Positions 25,801-37,994 of a stretch of 64,000 nucleotides of DNA are shown here, in pieces (position 1 is the first letter of the stretch; each line of letters begins with the position of its first letter). A program made the position numbers and the translations under genes. Source of the DNA: Macrostomum lignano (lineage: Eukaryota). Where the stretch lies: assembly GCA_002269645.1 (NCBI GenBank), contig NIVC01000867.1, forward strand, positions 1-64,000. Reading direction: 5' to 3'. The notes under the pieces were generated by a model. The model worked only from the letters and a program-made list of their open reading frames with translations. It searched no databases and had not been told where the DNA came from.

Positions 25801-28800
25801 GCGCAATACACTTTAACTGCGCGGGAGTGCTAAAATACATGTAGCGCTACAGTGGCAATTATGGCAGAGACCAAGATTAACTTGCATTATAAATACTGAA
25901 CTACTCAGCCTGAGGGCACAAGCTTTCGCAAGCGCCGCTGACTTGAATCGGGCGGACGTCCATCAGCCTGTGACTCGCGTCGCACCAATCCTTTAAAGAA
26001 GGTATTTGCTAGACGCCTAGATACGTGGGTCAATTGCCCCGACTGCAGCTGGACATCCATGAACGCATCGAAAACAATTAAAAAGACAGACCGGCAGTAG
26101 TTGACGCAACGAGGTGTTGCAGCGTTGAAGTAAGCGTAGCATAGGCAAGCAAATACCACCAGCCACTCAGGAGGGTGACACAGCTTCCCTCGTGAAAGAA
26201 GCGAAGTGAATTCACTGCTACAGGCTGGTTCGTAAACCGTAGCAGCCTGACAGTCGAGCTTTTCCTTAAAGGCCACGTAGCCACTGATAAAATATAGCGC
26301 TGCATTCTCCGCGTCAGAAATGTTGTCGGACAGTTGTGGGAGATTGTCAACAATTTTCCAGTCTCCCTGCGAAATTTCAGCAGAGCAACAGGCCAACGGT
26401 TGATGGTCGTCACAGACTAACTCCAATTTACTGTAAAGTTGCATTCGGCGTAGCCGCGCACTGGCCAAAATTTGATCAACGGATATATAATAACACCCGC
26501 CGTGGCCTTGCCGATAAATAGAAAACTCCCCTCAAGCCGGTCAGTCTGCAGCTCACCTAAAAATTTTTGAAGTTAGTGCCTGGGTATGCAGGTCATATTT
26601 ATTGAGTGTCAATTTATTATGGCAATAACAATACCAAAAAATTCCCGTAATGTTACGGGAAACAGGGAGTAGTGAATAATACTACGTACCGAGCAACACG
26701 TACGAAAACCCTACTTTCATCAGCAAATGTCTAGACAAATCAGCCAGGCCGTTCGCAGTCTGATGGATAGCCTTGCGTGTCTCAGTAGTCAGCGATCGAG
26801 GGCGGCTAGCACCCCTACCACCTGGCATGCGATCAACGACAGCTGCAAAACTGAGCAGCTCCTGAATTGCACTTGAGTTGGTGCTGCTAATTGGGGCTCG
26901 CCGAATGTCATTCAGACGAATGTGGGACTCTGGTGACTTTACGTTTACAACTGTCCAAAAGTTGAGAACGCGCTCGACGAAGTCGGCAGTCTCAGAATAG
27001 CCATTCAGCTGTAATGCTGCAACTGTTTTCTCGTGGAATACATCAAGCACTAGCGAAACTTTCTGTCTCTCAAGAGGAGAGGGGCGGCACGCGACTGGAT
27101 TAAGACGTGTCGTCCGTACAATATGATTTCGAGAAGCTTCCTCAAGCCCAGTAAAAAAGGGTTGTCGGAATCCGATCGGAATGTCCGGTCGGAATTTGTC
27201 AGCAAAGTGGCTCGTGCAATCCGGTCGTTTTCTAGTCGGAGTTTTCCGATCGGAATGTGACGCTAATATCCGACTAAATTACGATTAGGTTGTATTTTTG
27301 CTTTGCGTCGGCTAGCTTGCATAAAAATAAACAAATCGGTTTTCAAAGTAACTTAGCAAAATATTACAATATTTAAAATATTTTTCTGCCTGAAGAGTGA
27401 AGCACAATAATGATTGGCTATTTAATTTACTCAATGCATTGTATATTATGCAATTATAAAGATTACAGTATGCAATTTCTGCACAACACGTCAAGAGAGT
27501 AACTGTATTACATGTAGATGCAAGGAAACATAGAGAAAGAGCATAATAATGCAACATGCAGAAAATGAGCACCGAAACAAATAATAAGATACAGAAAACA
27601 AATGCAGAATAATACGATATGATTGATGAAGAACACCTGAATGCAAAAAGCTAGCTAGCTAGATAAATGTTGTGAACCAAACGGCTGCATTATCAGTCAG
27701 CAAACTTACAACCAGAGTCAGCACATGCTTTGTCATCACAGGTGGCGGTGGCGGCAGAGGCGCAATTTCAGCTCTTCATTGTCGCGATTGCTTCCCCCAC
27801 TGACACTCCACGATTGTTGGTCTGGAGCTCTTGCACTTTCAGACGCCATCGCAGAAGCTCTAAATGGCCTTTGATGCAATCCAGAGAACTCGGAGGATAC
27901 GGTCCTGCATTGAGTAATTTAGAGAGTTAATGGCATGATCAGCAGACCAGTTGGGCACCTTCACTGTCATTAGAAAGATTTGGAAATAAAAAATAAGGAG
28001 AATAGTTGTCTTCAGGCAAGGCAAGAAAAAACTTAACATTTGCGATCTTCTTTAAAACTGGTATAAAAGCAATTGGAATATACTATAAGAATAAAAACAC
28101 AAAGAACACATACCCTTGAAGATCTCGCCAAAGTATGCTTGTACATATTCAAAGACAATTTGACCTTTGATCCTTGTTAGCTAGGCCTAGTCAGCTCTTC
28201 CAGGATCCTTTTCCCTAGTTTTGAACTGAACCTAGAGATCCCATCCATTATGTAGCAAACAGACTGTGGCACCTTTGCACTAATGCACCACATCTAGACC
28301 AGCAGTATCTGAAATAGAAGCAGAAGCCATTGATAAGATAATAATATAGAATGCTTAGTAAAGCTAGAACTAGGGGCCTAGTCTTAGTTTAACAGTGCCC
28401 TATGAAAACTAATATAAATAATATAAATAATAAAAAATTAATACTAGCATAATCTAAATGTAGAATCATATTTACTATTATAAATAATATATTCTAAGGA
28501 CATAATGTCCTGAGTATTTTTTATCAAATTATCTCATTGACCTATTCTCTACTAGAACTTTCATTTGATATTGAGATATATAGTACTTTATTTATCTAAA
28601 TATACAAACTCTTTATATTTCTAAAGGCAAAATTAAAAGACCAAATTATTTTAAGTCTTAGCCAGGGTCCAGATTGTATAATAGTGTATGCCAGAACAAG
28701 AATCTTATCTTAGCTAAATGTAGGCCAGTGTATGCCAAAAACAAAAAATTCCTTAAAAAAGTATACTAAAAAGTCACTTAAAAAGGTCATTTGGTTTTTA

Positions 28801-31800
28801 CAGGTTGAGTTTCCTAAGAAAAGTTTTCTTTAAAACATTATAAATATTTTCATTTTAAACAAACTTAATTATACTTAATTATTAATTTTTAATAATAATT
28901 TTACTAAATTAATTCATTTTTAATTTTAACGAAGCAAAACACTATTACTGACTTTCTTGAGTATACAAATTTTCCTTTATTTAAGGCCTATATAAAAACA
29001 TAAATTTACATTGAACTTTTCATGCTCAACATGAGTTTATTCACTGAAATTTGTAGGCCAACTGCCAAAAAATATATAAGTTTGTATACCAAAATTTATA
29101 TGCAAACTTTAAAACGAGTGATTTGCATACCCAAATTTTCTGGCATATATGTAACATGTAGCATAGGTCAGAGTCAGGAGTCTTAGAGTTCTAGACATAG
29201 AAATGTTTTATAAGCAAGTGTAAATAGCTAGGCCTATTGACATGTGGCCTATATTATTTACTTATTAGTCTATAAATCATAAGTTAATAATTCTTTATTA
29301 TAGGCCTATTACTAAAAATGTCTCATCTAAAAGCAAATTATAATATACAATTGTAAACTATAGACGTTATTCAATTACTTTGCTTAAATGCCTTAGCCCA
29401 AACAAATGTCTATTGATTATTAGGTATATATTATTATAATATTGAGTAGGCCCTAAACCTAATAAGACACACTAAATGTCTAAAGTAAGTTTAACTAGGG
29501 CCTGGCCTGGCCAAGGCCCTATATTTTTAGATTCAATGGCCAAAAGCCTAAAACTAGGTAGTATTAATTTCATATATATGAAAAACAAGATATAAGTTGT
29601 AGTTGTAGTTAAAACTTAAATGAAAAAACAAAGCCAACTGCTTTAAAAACAATCTTGAGAAAAATGTGTAGCAGAATAGGCTAGGCCTAGTAAAGTAAGA
29701 ATTGCAATAGGAGTAAGCCTAGGAGTATTGCAATTAGCAATAGTTAATAAGATAGTGGCTAGGCATTAAGCAGGTTTTTAATAACTTTTTGCAGAGGCTA
29801 GTGCCAGTGGAAAGACGCTATAAGCAAATATATGTTACAATATTTCAACAAAAAGGTTATAGAGAGGATCAGGGTAAAAAATAAATCGCTTTTTAAATAC
29901 TTTCGATATAAATTGGATGGCCAGCATTTTATTGTAGCATCAAAACAAAAACCGAATTATTGTAGTAATTTTTTGTATCATAAAAGTATATTCTGCACAT
30001 ACTGGCAATACATAAAAGCAAGAAAACACGTTTAGTACAGCACATGCGTTATGAATATGGCTGTATCGGAAACTAGGAAGAAAAATGAGTACAAATTCCG
30101 ATTGGAAGAAGAAGAGACGGTTTCCGACTAATTTCCGATTGCGCAAATATACCTCGAAAAAGATTTTCTTGAATTACTTGATACTTTTTATCATAGTAAC
30201 GTATTATATAAAACAAAATATAGTGGTTTAAACCTTTTCCGGCAAATTCCGACTACCGATTAAATTCCGTCCAGATTCCAATCGAATTCCGACTACCCTT
30301 TTTTACTGGGAGCCTGATGATTTCGTTCCACTTAGCCCGCTTGACTGGCTCTCCAATCACTGGCTGAAAGTCGATCTCACAAAAAGACTGCGTCAGCCAG
30401 TTGTTCCGGATGTTCTTCATCAAGTGTACTGGGTCGTACAGCAGGAACAGCGGCTGATCGGGATCAGCTGGATTCTTCGCCAACCAGGGAACAGCAGAAT
30501 CCCCTTGCAACAGTTGGAAGCAGTTGCGATTGGTGAAGTGGTTGTCACAAATTAGACTGACAACTGTGCCCCCTAGCTGATGTATTAGTTGGACGAGATG
30601 CACTACTTGGTCGTACAGGAAGGCTGGTTGCAAGCTGTAAATGGGTATCAGCCGTGCAACATAAGCGGGACTGCCCATGAACGACTTTACCATCAGCGCC
30701 AAAATAGTACGAGCAATTTGACGGGGAGCATCCTCTGAATACCCAATGGTATGACAGCCACTGAATCGTAGCGACGGCTTGACATACACTTCATCGAATA
30801 GAATGATGCAGTACCGCTGCAATGGGCTACAGTTTTCAAGATGTGACTGCACAATCGACTGGCAGTCACTGTCTGACCCAACACTGCCAAGACCACCAAT
30901 GTGCCGCTTGAGTGTAGATGGGTGAGGCAAACAGGTGTACTCTCTCAAAGTTTTATAAGCTCCTCTCCCGGCAAAATAGAACCTGGCTGCAGTCATGATG
31001 TCCTCAGAAGTGTATCGTCAAATACATAGTTCTTTGAAGTTATGGAATCCAAATGACAACACTTCTGCAATTGACTAAAACTACCCTTTTAATTGCAAAA
31101 ACAAAAGTAGGCTAGCTTATACTACTAGATAGGCCTACCCACCTTACTAGGCCTATATAGGCCCTATTTAATTTTATTTAAAAGTTTGAATCTCATTTTT
31201 ATCTGACAGAGTCACTCAGATTAACATGAACTATTTCCTAAAATGGCATACATAGCTAAGTTTACTTACAAATTTAAAGTTAAATAGTGGATTATGATTT
31301 ATAAATCATAAAAGACATTTACATTTAGAAAATTTCATGTGTTTATTCTATCTCTATACAGGGCTTAGACCTTAGGTTTAATAGCATAGGTGGTACACAG
31401 TAGACATGTATTTTGAATGCCTACAACAGCTGTATCAATGAATTTCAGTGGATGGAACCACTTATTAGGGAACTTGGTTGGAGTATGGATATATAAATAT
31501 AATTGAGTATGGGCCTATATTATGAATGAGTGTCCATTCTCAAACTTAGCATATTGTTATCATGTTTGTATGACATGAGATATGCTATGGCAATACAAAT
31601 TTAATTTTTTTATTAGAGAGATTTAATATAGAAGGCCTGATATGCTAGGCCAGGCTGGCTATAGTTTAGCTAGCCAAAGTGCACATATAGGCCCCCCCCC
31701 CTAGTCTATGTAATTTCATGACTACGTCAAAATGTGATAAAACTATATCTATAGAACGTTTTCGCGACTAAAACATAATAGAAACCAATAGAACAGGGTC

Positions 31801-33247
31801 TTAAAAGTAAAATGTTAGATGGGTTTTTTTGAAGCAGGCTTAAATCAATTACAACAAGCTTCTGAATATTAAAAACGTGAAAATTTGCTATCTCGCCAAT
31901 GTATTTTGCGGTGAAAATCGGACTTCAAAAAAATTTCCACGAAATCCGAGTGTAACGTCCTCTATCTACTAGTGGTCCTTGCGACATGTTTAGAGGTCAG
32001 CAAATGTGCACAAGTACTTTTTGTTGGCTGTGAGACGACTGTCACTCTTCTTGTTTTGCAGTCGTGTTCAAGAAATCCTACAAACGGTTACAGGTAACTA
32101 AACTGTGCTTTTACATTGTGCCAACGAATAACAAATTCATTAGTCGATGTTTTGTAGATGTAGCCATTTTTCAACGGCTTTTATACACTTAGACGTCGGA
32201 AAATAGATGCATGTATCATTATATAGTGCTTATGTAACACGGATGTAGTCACACAAGTGCACAAAGTGCTCCATTTTTTATTTACACGTATATCAACAAA
32301 TACCGCATTTTACGATTTACTATATGATTTGTCGAGATGAACCTCATTGCAAATAGTTTTTTTACGTTTGCTGGTATCAGTTAACTTCATATCAAATCAC
32401 CAGAGCCATCTTTTCGGAATCGGGGGCGTGAACGGTAAACCCGGAAGCAATAATCCGAGCAATAAAACAACTTCCTCTGGCATGAACCATGGCGGCTGCG
32501 GTGCCGGCTGGCTGGGGAAACCTGAGAACCCCAGGTAAGCATGAGTATACGGGCCTATATTGGCGTATCTTGGATCTTAAAGTACGTGCGCAAATACTGT
32601 GCAGCACATTCTGCGTCTGGAAATCGTGCCAATTTCACAGAAAGCAGGTTTGTTGCAGTGAAAAGCTCATATAAAATCGCATAAAAATATGGTTTTTACT
32701 TTTAGCTCCGAAACTAGAAATCCCCTATAAAGAAAGGAAGAAGAAAAGAAAGGAACTGCAGATGCTGTTATCTTTCGAAAAATAAGCCCTAAAAACTTGT
32801 AAATCAACCTTGGAAGACAAAATACAAATACATTTATGCTTTATTTTCTGTCGGAAAGTTCATTTTTTAGACAGTGCAACACTGAAATCCTTTCGTCACG
32901 TGACTATATGAGCATTATTACACCGTAGGTACAACAGCTACGACGGCGATCGAGGCGGTAGTCAAACCGACAGCTGGGCCGGAGGCAGCGCCGGTGGCAG
33001 CAGCATCGCCTGCGGCGGCTTCGGCGGTGGAGGAGGTGCTGGTACGGCCTCCAGCTCTTTCGTTGGCGCAGCCGGAGCTGGCGGCGGTTACAGCGGCGGC
33101 GGAGCCGGTATCTACGGCAACCATTGCGGAGGCGGCGGCGGCTCATTCTGCGGCGGCAGCGGCTGCACCGGCAGTGCTGGCGGCAACACGGCCAGCAAGC
33201 ACGGCTCCGTGCTGCTGAGTCTGGTGAATCTTGGCTCGTGTCCTTGA
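16805..33247 (+). CDS. Secreted PAN/apple + ALK/LTK-like glycine-rich protein (gene D, 410 aa, 6 exons, 13.9-kb intron 4)
   Basis: Exons 16805-16874, 17520-17852, 18040-18366, 18453-18505, 32404-32534, 32929-33247 total 1233 nt, in frame with matching phases. Signal MKITHIRIIIFCAFVCSCIGSMEG. Intron 2 needs a GC donor (17853). Joining across 18506-32403 is inferred from phase and from paralog structure. Confidence 0.75.
16940..17472. mobile_element. P-type MITE in intron 1 of gene D
   Basis: CAAGGATTATTCAATTAG ... TACTTAAGTAGTCCTTG termini. Interior resembles 3347-3953. Flanks ATAACGTC/GCGACGTC look like a decayed 8-bp TSD. Confidence 0.65.
19815..25083. mobile_element. Non-autonomous CMC/EnSpm-like element #1 (5.27 kb)
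   Basis: TIR CCCTAGATGACA / TGTCATCTAGGG with a 2-bp TSD AA. Many subterminal AGATCT motifs at both ends and an AT-rich interior. Confidence 0.8.
21076..21162 (+). repeat. 17-bp tandem repeat x5
   Basis: GCAGCTGGGCACCGAAG is repeated five times. Confidence 0.9.
25905..31065 (-). pseudogene. P-element (THAP9-like) transposase, disrupted
   Basis: Motifs LPHPSTL, ILFDEVYVK, LICDNHFTN, LYDPVHLMKNIRNNW, ERQKVSLVLDVF, YVLLG|ELQTDRLEG, YYISV, LYFISGYVA. Interrupted by 27147-30310. GT-AG intron at 26557-26689, a 1-bp frameshift near 26530 and an in-frame TGA near 31018. No THAP domain recognised. Confidence 0.88.
27147..30310. mobile_element. Non-autonomous CMC/EnSpm-like element #2 (3.16 kb) inserted in the P transposase
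   Basis: TIR CCCAGTAAAAAAGGG / CCCTTTTTTACTGGG with a 2-bp TSD AG and subterminal TCGGA/TCCGA repeats. Removing it restores EIIRL|EEASRN in frame. Confidence 0.88.
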
Positions 33248-34880
33248 GACCAAGGAGGCCTGTTGTCTAAAAGAATAGCTACTGAACTAAAATAATTTGA
33301 AGCAAAAGGTAGTCTGTGTGACGTTCGTTTAATAGGAACAAAAATCTTAAGAATTTTTAGAAATATTTAGCATACTTCTTTACCCAGTCAAAGCAATGCC
33401 GTTGCCTCGACGTCGCTAACACGTCGCAAAATAACGTCGCCAAACCAGCCATTTTGTCGCGCGCGGCGACGTCGCCATTACGACCCCAGGCGACGTCAGA
33501 ATTTCACGTACTGGCGACCAAACGACGACCATCTATTACAGATTGCTTAGCACCTTCAATATAGTGCGAATCTCGAAATCATAAGTTGAAAGATCATTAT
33601 AGATGAAATTAAACGAAGATTAATAAGCTACCTTGCTCTGGTTAAATATCTTGATTGAATTTATAAATTATTCAATATAATTCAATTCAAAATAGGTTTT
33701 TTGTTGGTTTATTTAGTTATTATTATCAGAAAAGTAATTTTTACACAGTTACACTTAAAGACAAATGTTTTTGAAGTGCAGATATTTTACTCACTAAGAA
33801 GGGTCAAAGGGACAATAAAAAACAGTGTCAAACGAAATTGCTCCAGATTTTCCAGTTAAACCTTACAACATGTTGGCAGCATAATTATTACTTAAATCGA
33901 ACCATTTCCTTCTCATCAAGTCCCCTCGATTCAGACTGCAGAGAACTAGGTCCTGGAGCCGGCGATGGAACTGCACTGCATGCACAGCTTGTGGACAAAG
34001 CAATTATGCTGCAATGAAATTTATCAGTACATTACATTAGTGACAATTGGACTACAATGCTGAACATTATCATTTTACAGCAGGAAAGAAATTAAGTTTC
34101 ATTTTTCTAACTTGAAATATCTGACTTTAAGCATTAAGCATACTCACTATTCTTAAAAGGAAATGGTGGGACACTGAAAGCAGCCAACTTCGCCATGGTC
34201 CTCCACATCATGACTCAGATGCATCAGGAAATACAGAAATGGAAGTTCCTGCACTTGTCCAGTTATTGTCTTGCTGATGTCCTGATGGACCTGCTCAATG
34301 CTCATGAATGTTCATCAGGCTTTGTGTTGACATAATCTCTTTGGTATTCTGCTGTAATTAGCTGCAATTGCCTTATCTCGTGCACATGATGGGAGCATGA
34401 CATTATTTAACTTCTTGGGCAAAGTATGCCATCTGCAATGCAAAATTTGATAAAAAATATATTATCTGTATATAAGAAACAAAAAATGAATATTTTTTTC
34501 AAGGAAATACATAGAATAAAAGCTTATAAAAATCAATTTTAAATAATCTATAGGTAGCTATTATTTTATATAAAGATTTATAGGCCTTTTTAGTTAGTTA
34601 CATTAATTTAATTATTAATTTATTAGATAATTAGATAATTATTAAAGATTAAAATAAGATTAGATATTTAATAATTTTATTAGATTTTATTAGAATTTTT
34701 TAATTTCTATCAATAAATTGAGGGATAAAAGGCAAAAAATAATAGGCTTACCTAAAAGCCAAGTTAGACATAGAAATTAGTTAAGTTTTCAAAGCATAAA
34801 TTATAAAGCAATTTAAAATAAATAGACAAAATAGGGCCTAATCAATGGCATGCTAATGGCAATCCCAATACATAGGCCTA

Positions 34881-37800
34881 GTCATTATAAAATTATAGGC
34901 CTAAAAAATGCAAAAAAAATCTATAAACTAACCTCTTAAATTCCTAATTAATAGTACACTAGACTAATTTTAGAAAATATGAATTTTGGCCAAAGATTAG
35001 ATTAAATAAAGTTAGGGCCTAACTATTAACATTAATATGTATCATGTATGTCATTATAAATATAAATAATTTTGTAAATCATATCTTATTAGATAGCCTA
35101 GGTCTAGTCAATAGTCTACATTATTAAATTAAGGCCTAACAATATAAAAGGCCAACTTAAGCTTATAAAATAAAGTCTCTATTATCCCCTTGCTTGTTTT
35201 CCCCTATTTAAAGTCCAATTTTTATTGCTTTTTTCCAACCCAGCTTTCTAATGTCATTGTAAGCAGAATGACATCATTTGCGTACATAGCATCATAGGTT
35301 ACTAAGGAACAGGCTCCACTTTATGAACTTGATTTGACAAGCCTTTTGGTTTGGCCAAAAACACAACACAATATTTATAGGTAGGTAGGCTGAGGCAAAA
35401 TTAGGTTTGCTTGTTAAGATACTAACTACTGAATTCACCGGCTGTTGGGTTCACCGGATTTTTAACTTTATTTTTAAGGGTTGGAAATATATATAATCGA
35501 TAGCGCAAGTAAAACTAGAGATGCGCCTAGATTTTTGGCTCTGCGCGTTGCCCCTGGACATCAGGAGGGCGATTTTTTTTATTTTTTGGGGGGTGAAACC
35601 GGCGGTGAACCCAATAAATCCTTCCAGAGAGCTGAAAACCTATCATGCAATATTTCAAAGCAAAATATAGGCAGATTTCGACGTGCGCATAAAATTTCAG
35701 CGTTGCGCGTTGCTCCTGAACTGCAGGAGAACGGTTTTTGTTAAATTCCGGTGGTGAATGACTGCCGCTGAACTCCGCGGTGAAGGAAATTAAGTGCGTT
35801 TCCTGAGTCGAAAAATAGTAAATTTTACTTCTACAAAAGCTATCAAAGTAAAATTTTATCACTTTTATTAGCATTTTTGCATTCCCTTTTGTGTTGATTC
35901 TTAAGCTATTTATTTTAATGCAAAGCGAAAAAAAGTTTTAAAAAAATTCGAACTACGAGTATTGAGTACTGCGTGCGCAGGCGGCGGCAGATGGCTAGCA
36001 CGTTGCAGGGCACTTGCTCACATCAAAGACAAAGCCAAAGTGTTGTGGTATTTTTGTGCACATACTTTTTAAAGCCTGTATTAATATAATATATTAAAGT
36101 AAAAACTTCTATTTCGATACATCTATTTGGTCAAATTATATAGACATACAATATTTAAGATTCTATAGTTTCCATTAAATTTTATAATTGAATTAAGGGA
36201 GGCACCTATAGGCTATAGTATATTTACTTTTATGCAAAATAGCAATTACCATGTAATAATATTGACCCTTCACTGGCCATGTCAATATAATTACTTATAA
36301 TTACCAATACTAGTCAATAAATATTTTTATATTTGATTTCATTGTAAATATGTTTCTATAATAATAATCCATCCATATATAATAAATTTTACTCTTAAAA
36401 TTCTTTTTCTTCTTTCTAACTGTAATTGCTAATTGAAAATTAGAATATACCAAGAATTAGTATGGCTCAGTTTTGTAAATTAAAAAAAATTCCGTGCTTT
36501 CTAATATTGTGCATTCTTTATTATAACACAAAATAATTTAAAATTGTAATTGCTAAATAGATAAGTAACATTTTGAAATTTGTATATATTAAAATTAGAG
36601 ACTAATTTCAGGGGCATAGCTAGGAATTTCCTATGGGAGGATACACCAAGGTGAAAGTGCTATGACAGAGTCACATGGTAGCATGTATAGCAACAAAGGG
36701 CAACAAAAAGTTTTTGTCAGGCTCTTTAGGGGGTATATGGTATAGGACCAAGACCGCCACACTTGAGGGAGCTAAGGGGGAGGAATTTGGCTTGTCATGT
36801 TATTAGATGGTACTGAGGAGGGGTAAGATGAGGAGAGCTAGCAGGACAAGGCCGCAAGAGAAGAACTGGTGAGCAGGCCAGGTGGGTGAGTGAGCCAGGC
36901 TCCTCATTTTTTGCATTCAATTTGAATTGTAAAGTAACAATGAGATATTGTTAAAATTGCCCTGGTTGACTTGCAATCATTTTGGGCCACTTATTTGTCT
37001 TATTAGTGACTAATCTTGGGATGTTTCCTCCTTATCTAACTCTACAACCCATCACAACCAATAGCAATGCTGGAAGATTGGTAGCTCCCCCTCAATTCCA
37101 GTAGCCAGTGAGAACTTATTTTGTCATTATAATATAGGAATGGCATAACTTATAAACTAGAATTACCAATGCAACAAAGGATCACTGAAGACTTATTGGT
37201 TGCCAATCTTGAATGCTCATTAGGAATTATATTTGTACCCAGAAACACAATACACACAATAAATTGTGTTTTTTGTGTTTACATCAGTCTAGCCTGCTAT
37301 TGAGCTATCTAGAAGCTGCACACTGATAGAATGCAATTTTTCTCAGGGATATTACTTATTTCTTAGTTACAGGGACCAATATGCTCATTAGGAATTATAT
37401 TTGTACCCAGAAACACAATACACACAATAAATTGTGTTTTTTTTGTGTTTACATCAGTCTAGCCTGCTATTGAGCTATCTAGAAGCTGCACTCTGAAAGA
37501 ATGCAATTTTTCTCAGGGATATTACTTCTTTCTTAGTTACAGGGACCAATATGCTCATTAGGAATTATATTTGTACCCAGCAACACAATACACACAATAA
37601 ATTGTGTTTTTTGTGTTTACATCAGTCTAGCCTGCTATTGAGCTATCTAGAAGCTGCACACTGAAAGAATGCAATTTTTCTCAGGGATATTACTTCTTTC
37701 TTAGTTACAGGGACCAATATGCTCATTAGGAATTATATTGTACCCAGAAACACAATACACACAATAAATTGTGTTTTTTGTGTTTACATCAGTCTAGCCT

Positions 37801-37950
37801 GCTATTGAGCTATCTAGAAGCTGCACACTGATAGAATGCAATTTTTCTCAGGGATATTACTTCTTTCTTAGTTACAGGGACCAATATGCTCATTAGGAAT
37901 TATATTTGTACCCAGAAACACAATACACACAATAAATTGTGTTTTTTGTG
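34881..37950 (+). repeat. Left arm of the near-perfect long inverted repeat
   Basis: Reverse complement of about 44900-47966. The ORF-track translations 35481/47104 and 35527/46974 are identical pairs. Confidence 0.92.
37214..37950 (+). repeat. 168-bp satellite, about 4.4 copies (left arm)
   Basis: Tandem unit TGCTCATTAGGAATTATATTTGTACCCAG...GGGACCAATA. Confidence 0.92.
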
Positions 37951-37994
37951 CTTTATAAATTGATTGGAAACTATTGAAAACTACTTAATTGCAG

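Larger units (their letters stand above)
19430..31981 (-). mobile_element. P-superfamily DNA transposon (about 4.1 kb native, 12.55 kb with two nested insertions)
   Basis: Imperfect TIRs CACGGACTACTTAAGTAGAAGGACGTAACACTC / GAGTGTAACGTCCTCTATCTACTAGTGGTCCTTG, and a perfect 8-bp TSD CGACATGT (19422-19429, 31982-31989). Contains a P/THAP9-type transposase remnant. Confidence 0.85.

Noticed and set aside
31080-31720. THAP domain expected upstream of the P transposase
   Set aside because: Only a VVPS-like fragment is visible and no C2CH signature could be read, so it is not called.
33900-34430. Possible transposase exons in the left unique part of element #3
   Set aside because: Exon-like minus-strand stretches have several stops and no motif I can assign. 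Used only as weak evidence of C>T decay.
35481-35874. 87-aa and 115-aa ORFs duplicated in both arms
   Set aside because: Overlapping on opposite strands with no recognisable domain. They are identical only because the arms are duplicated.
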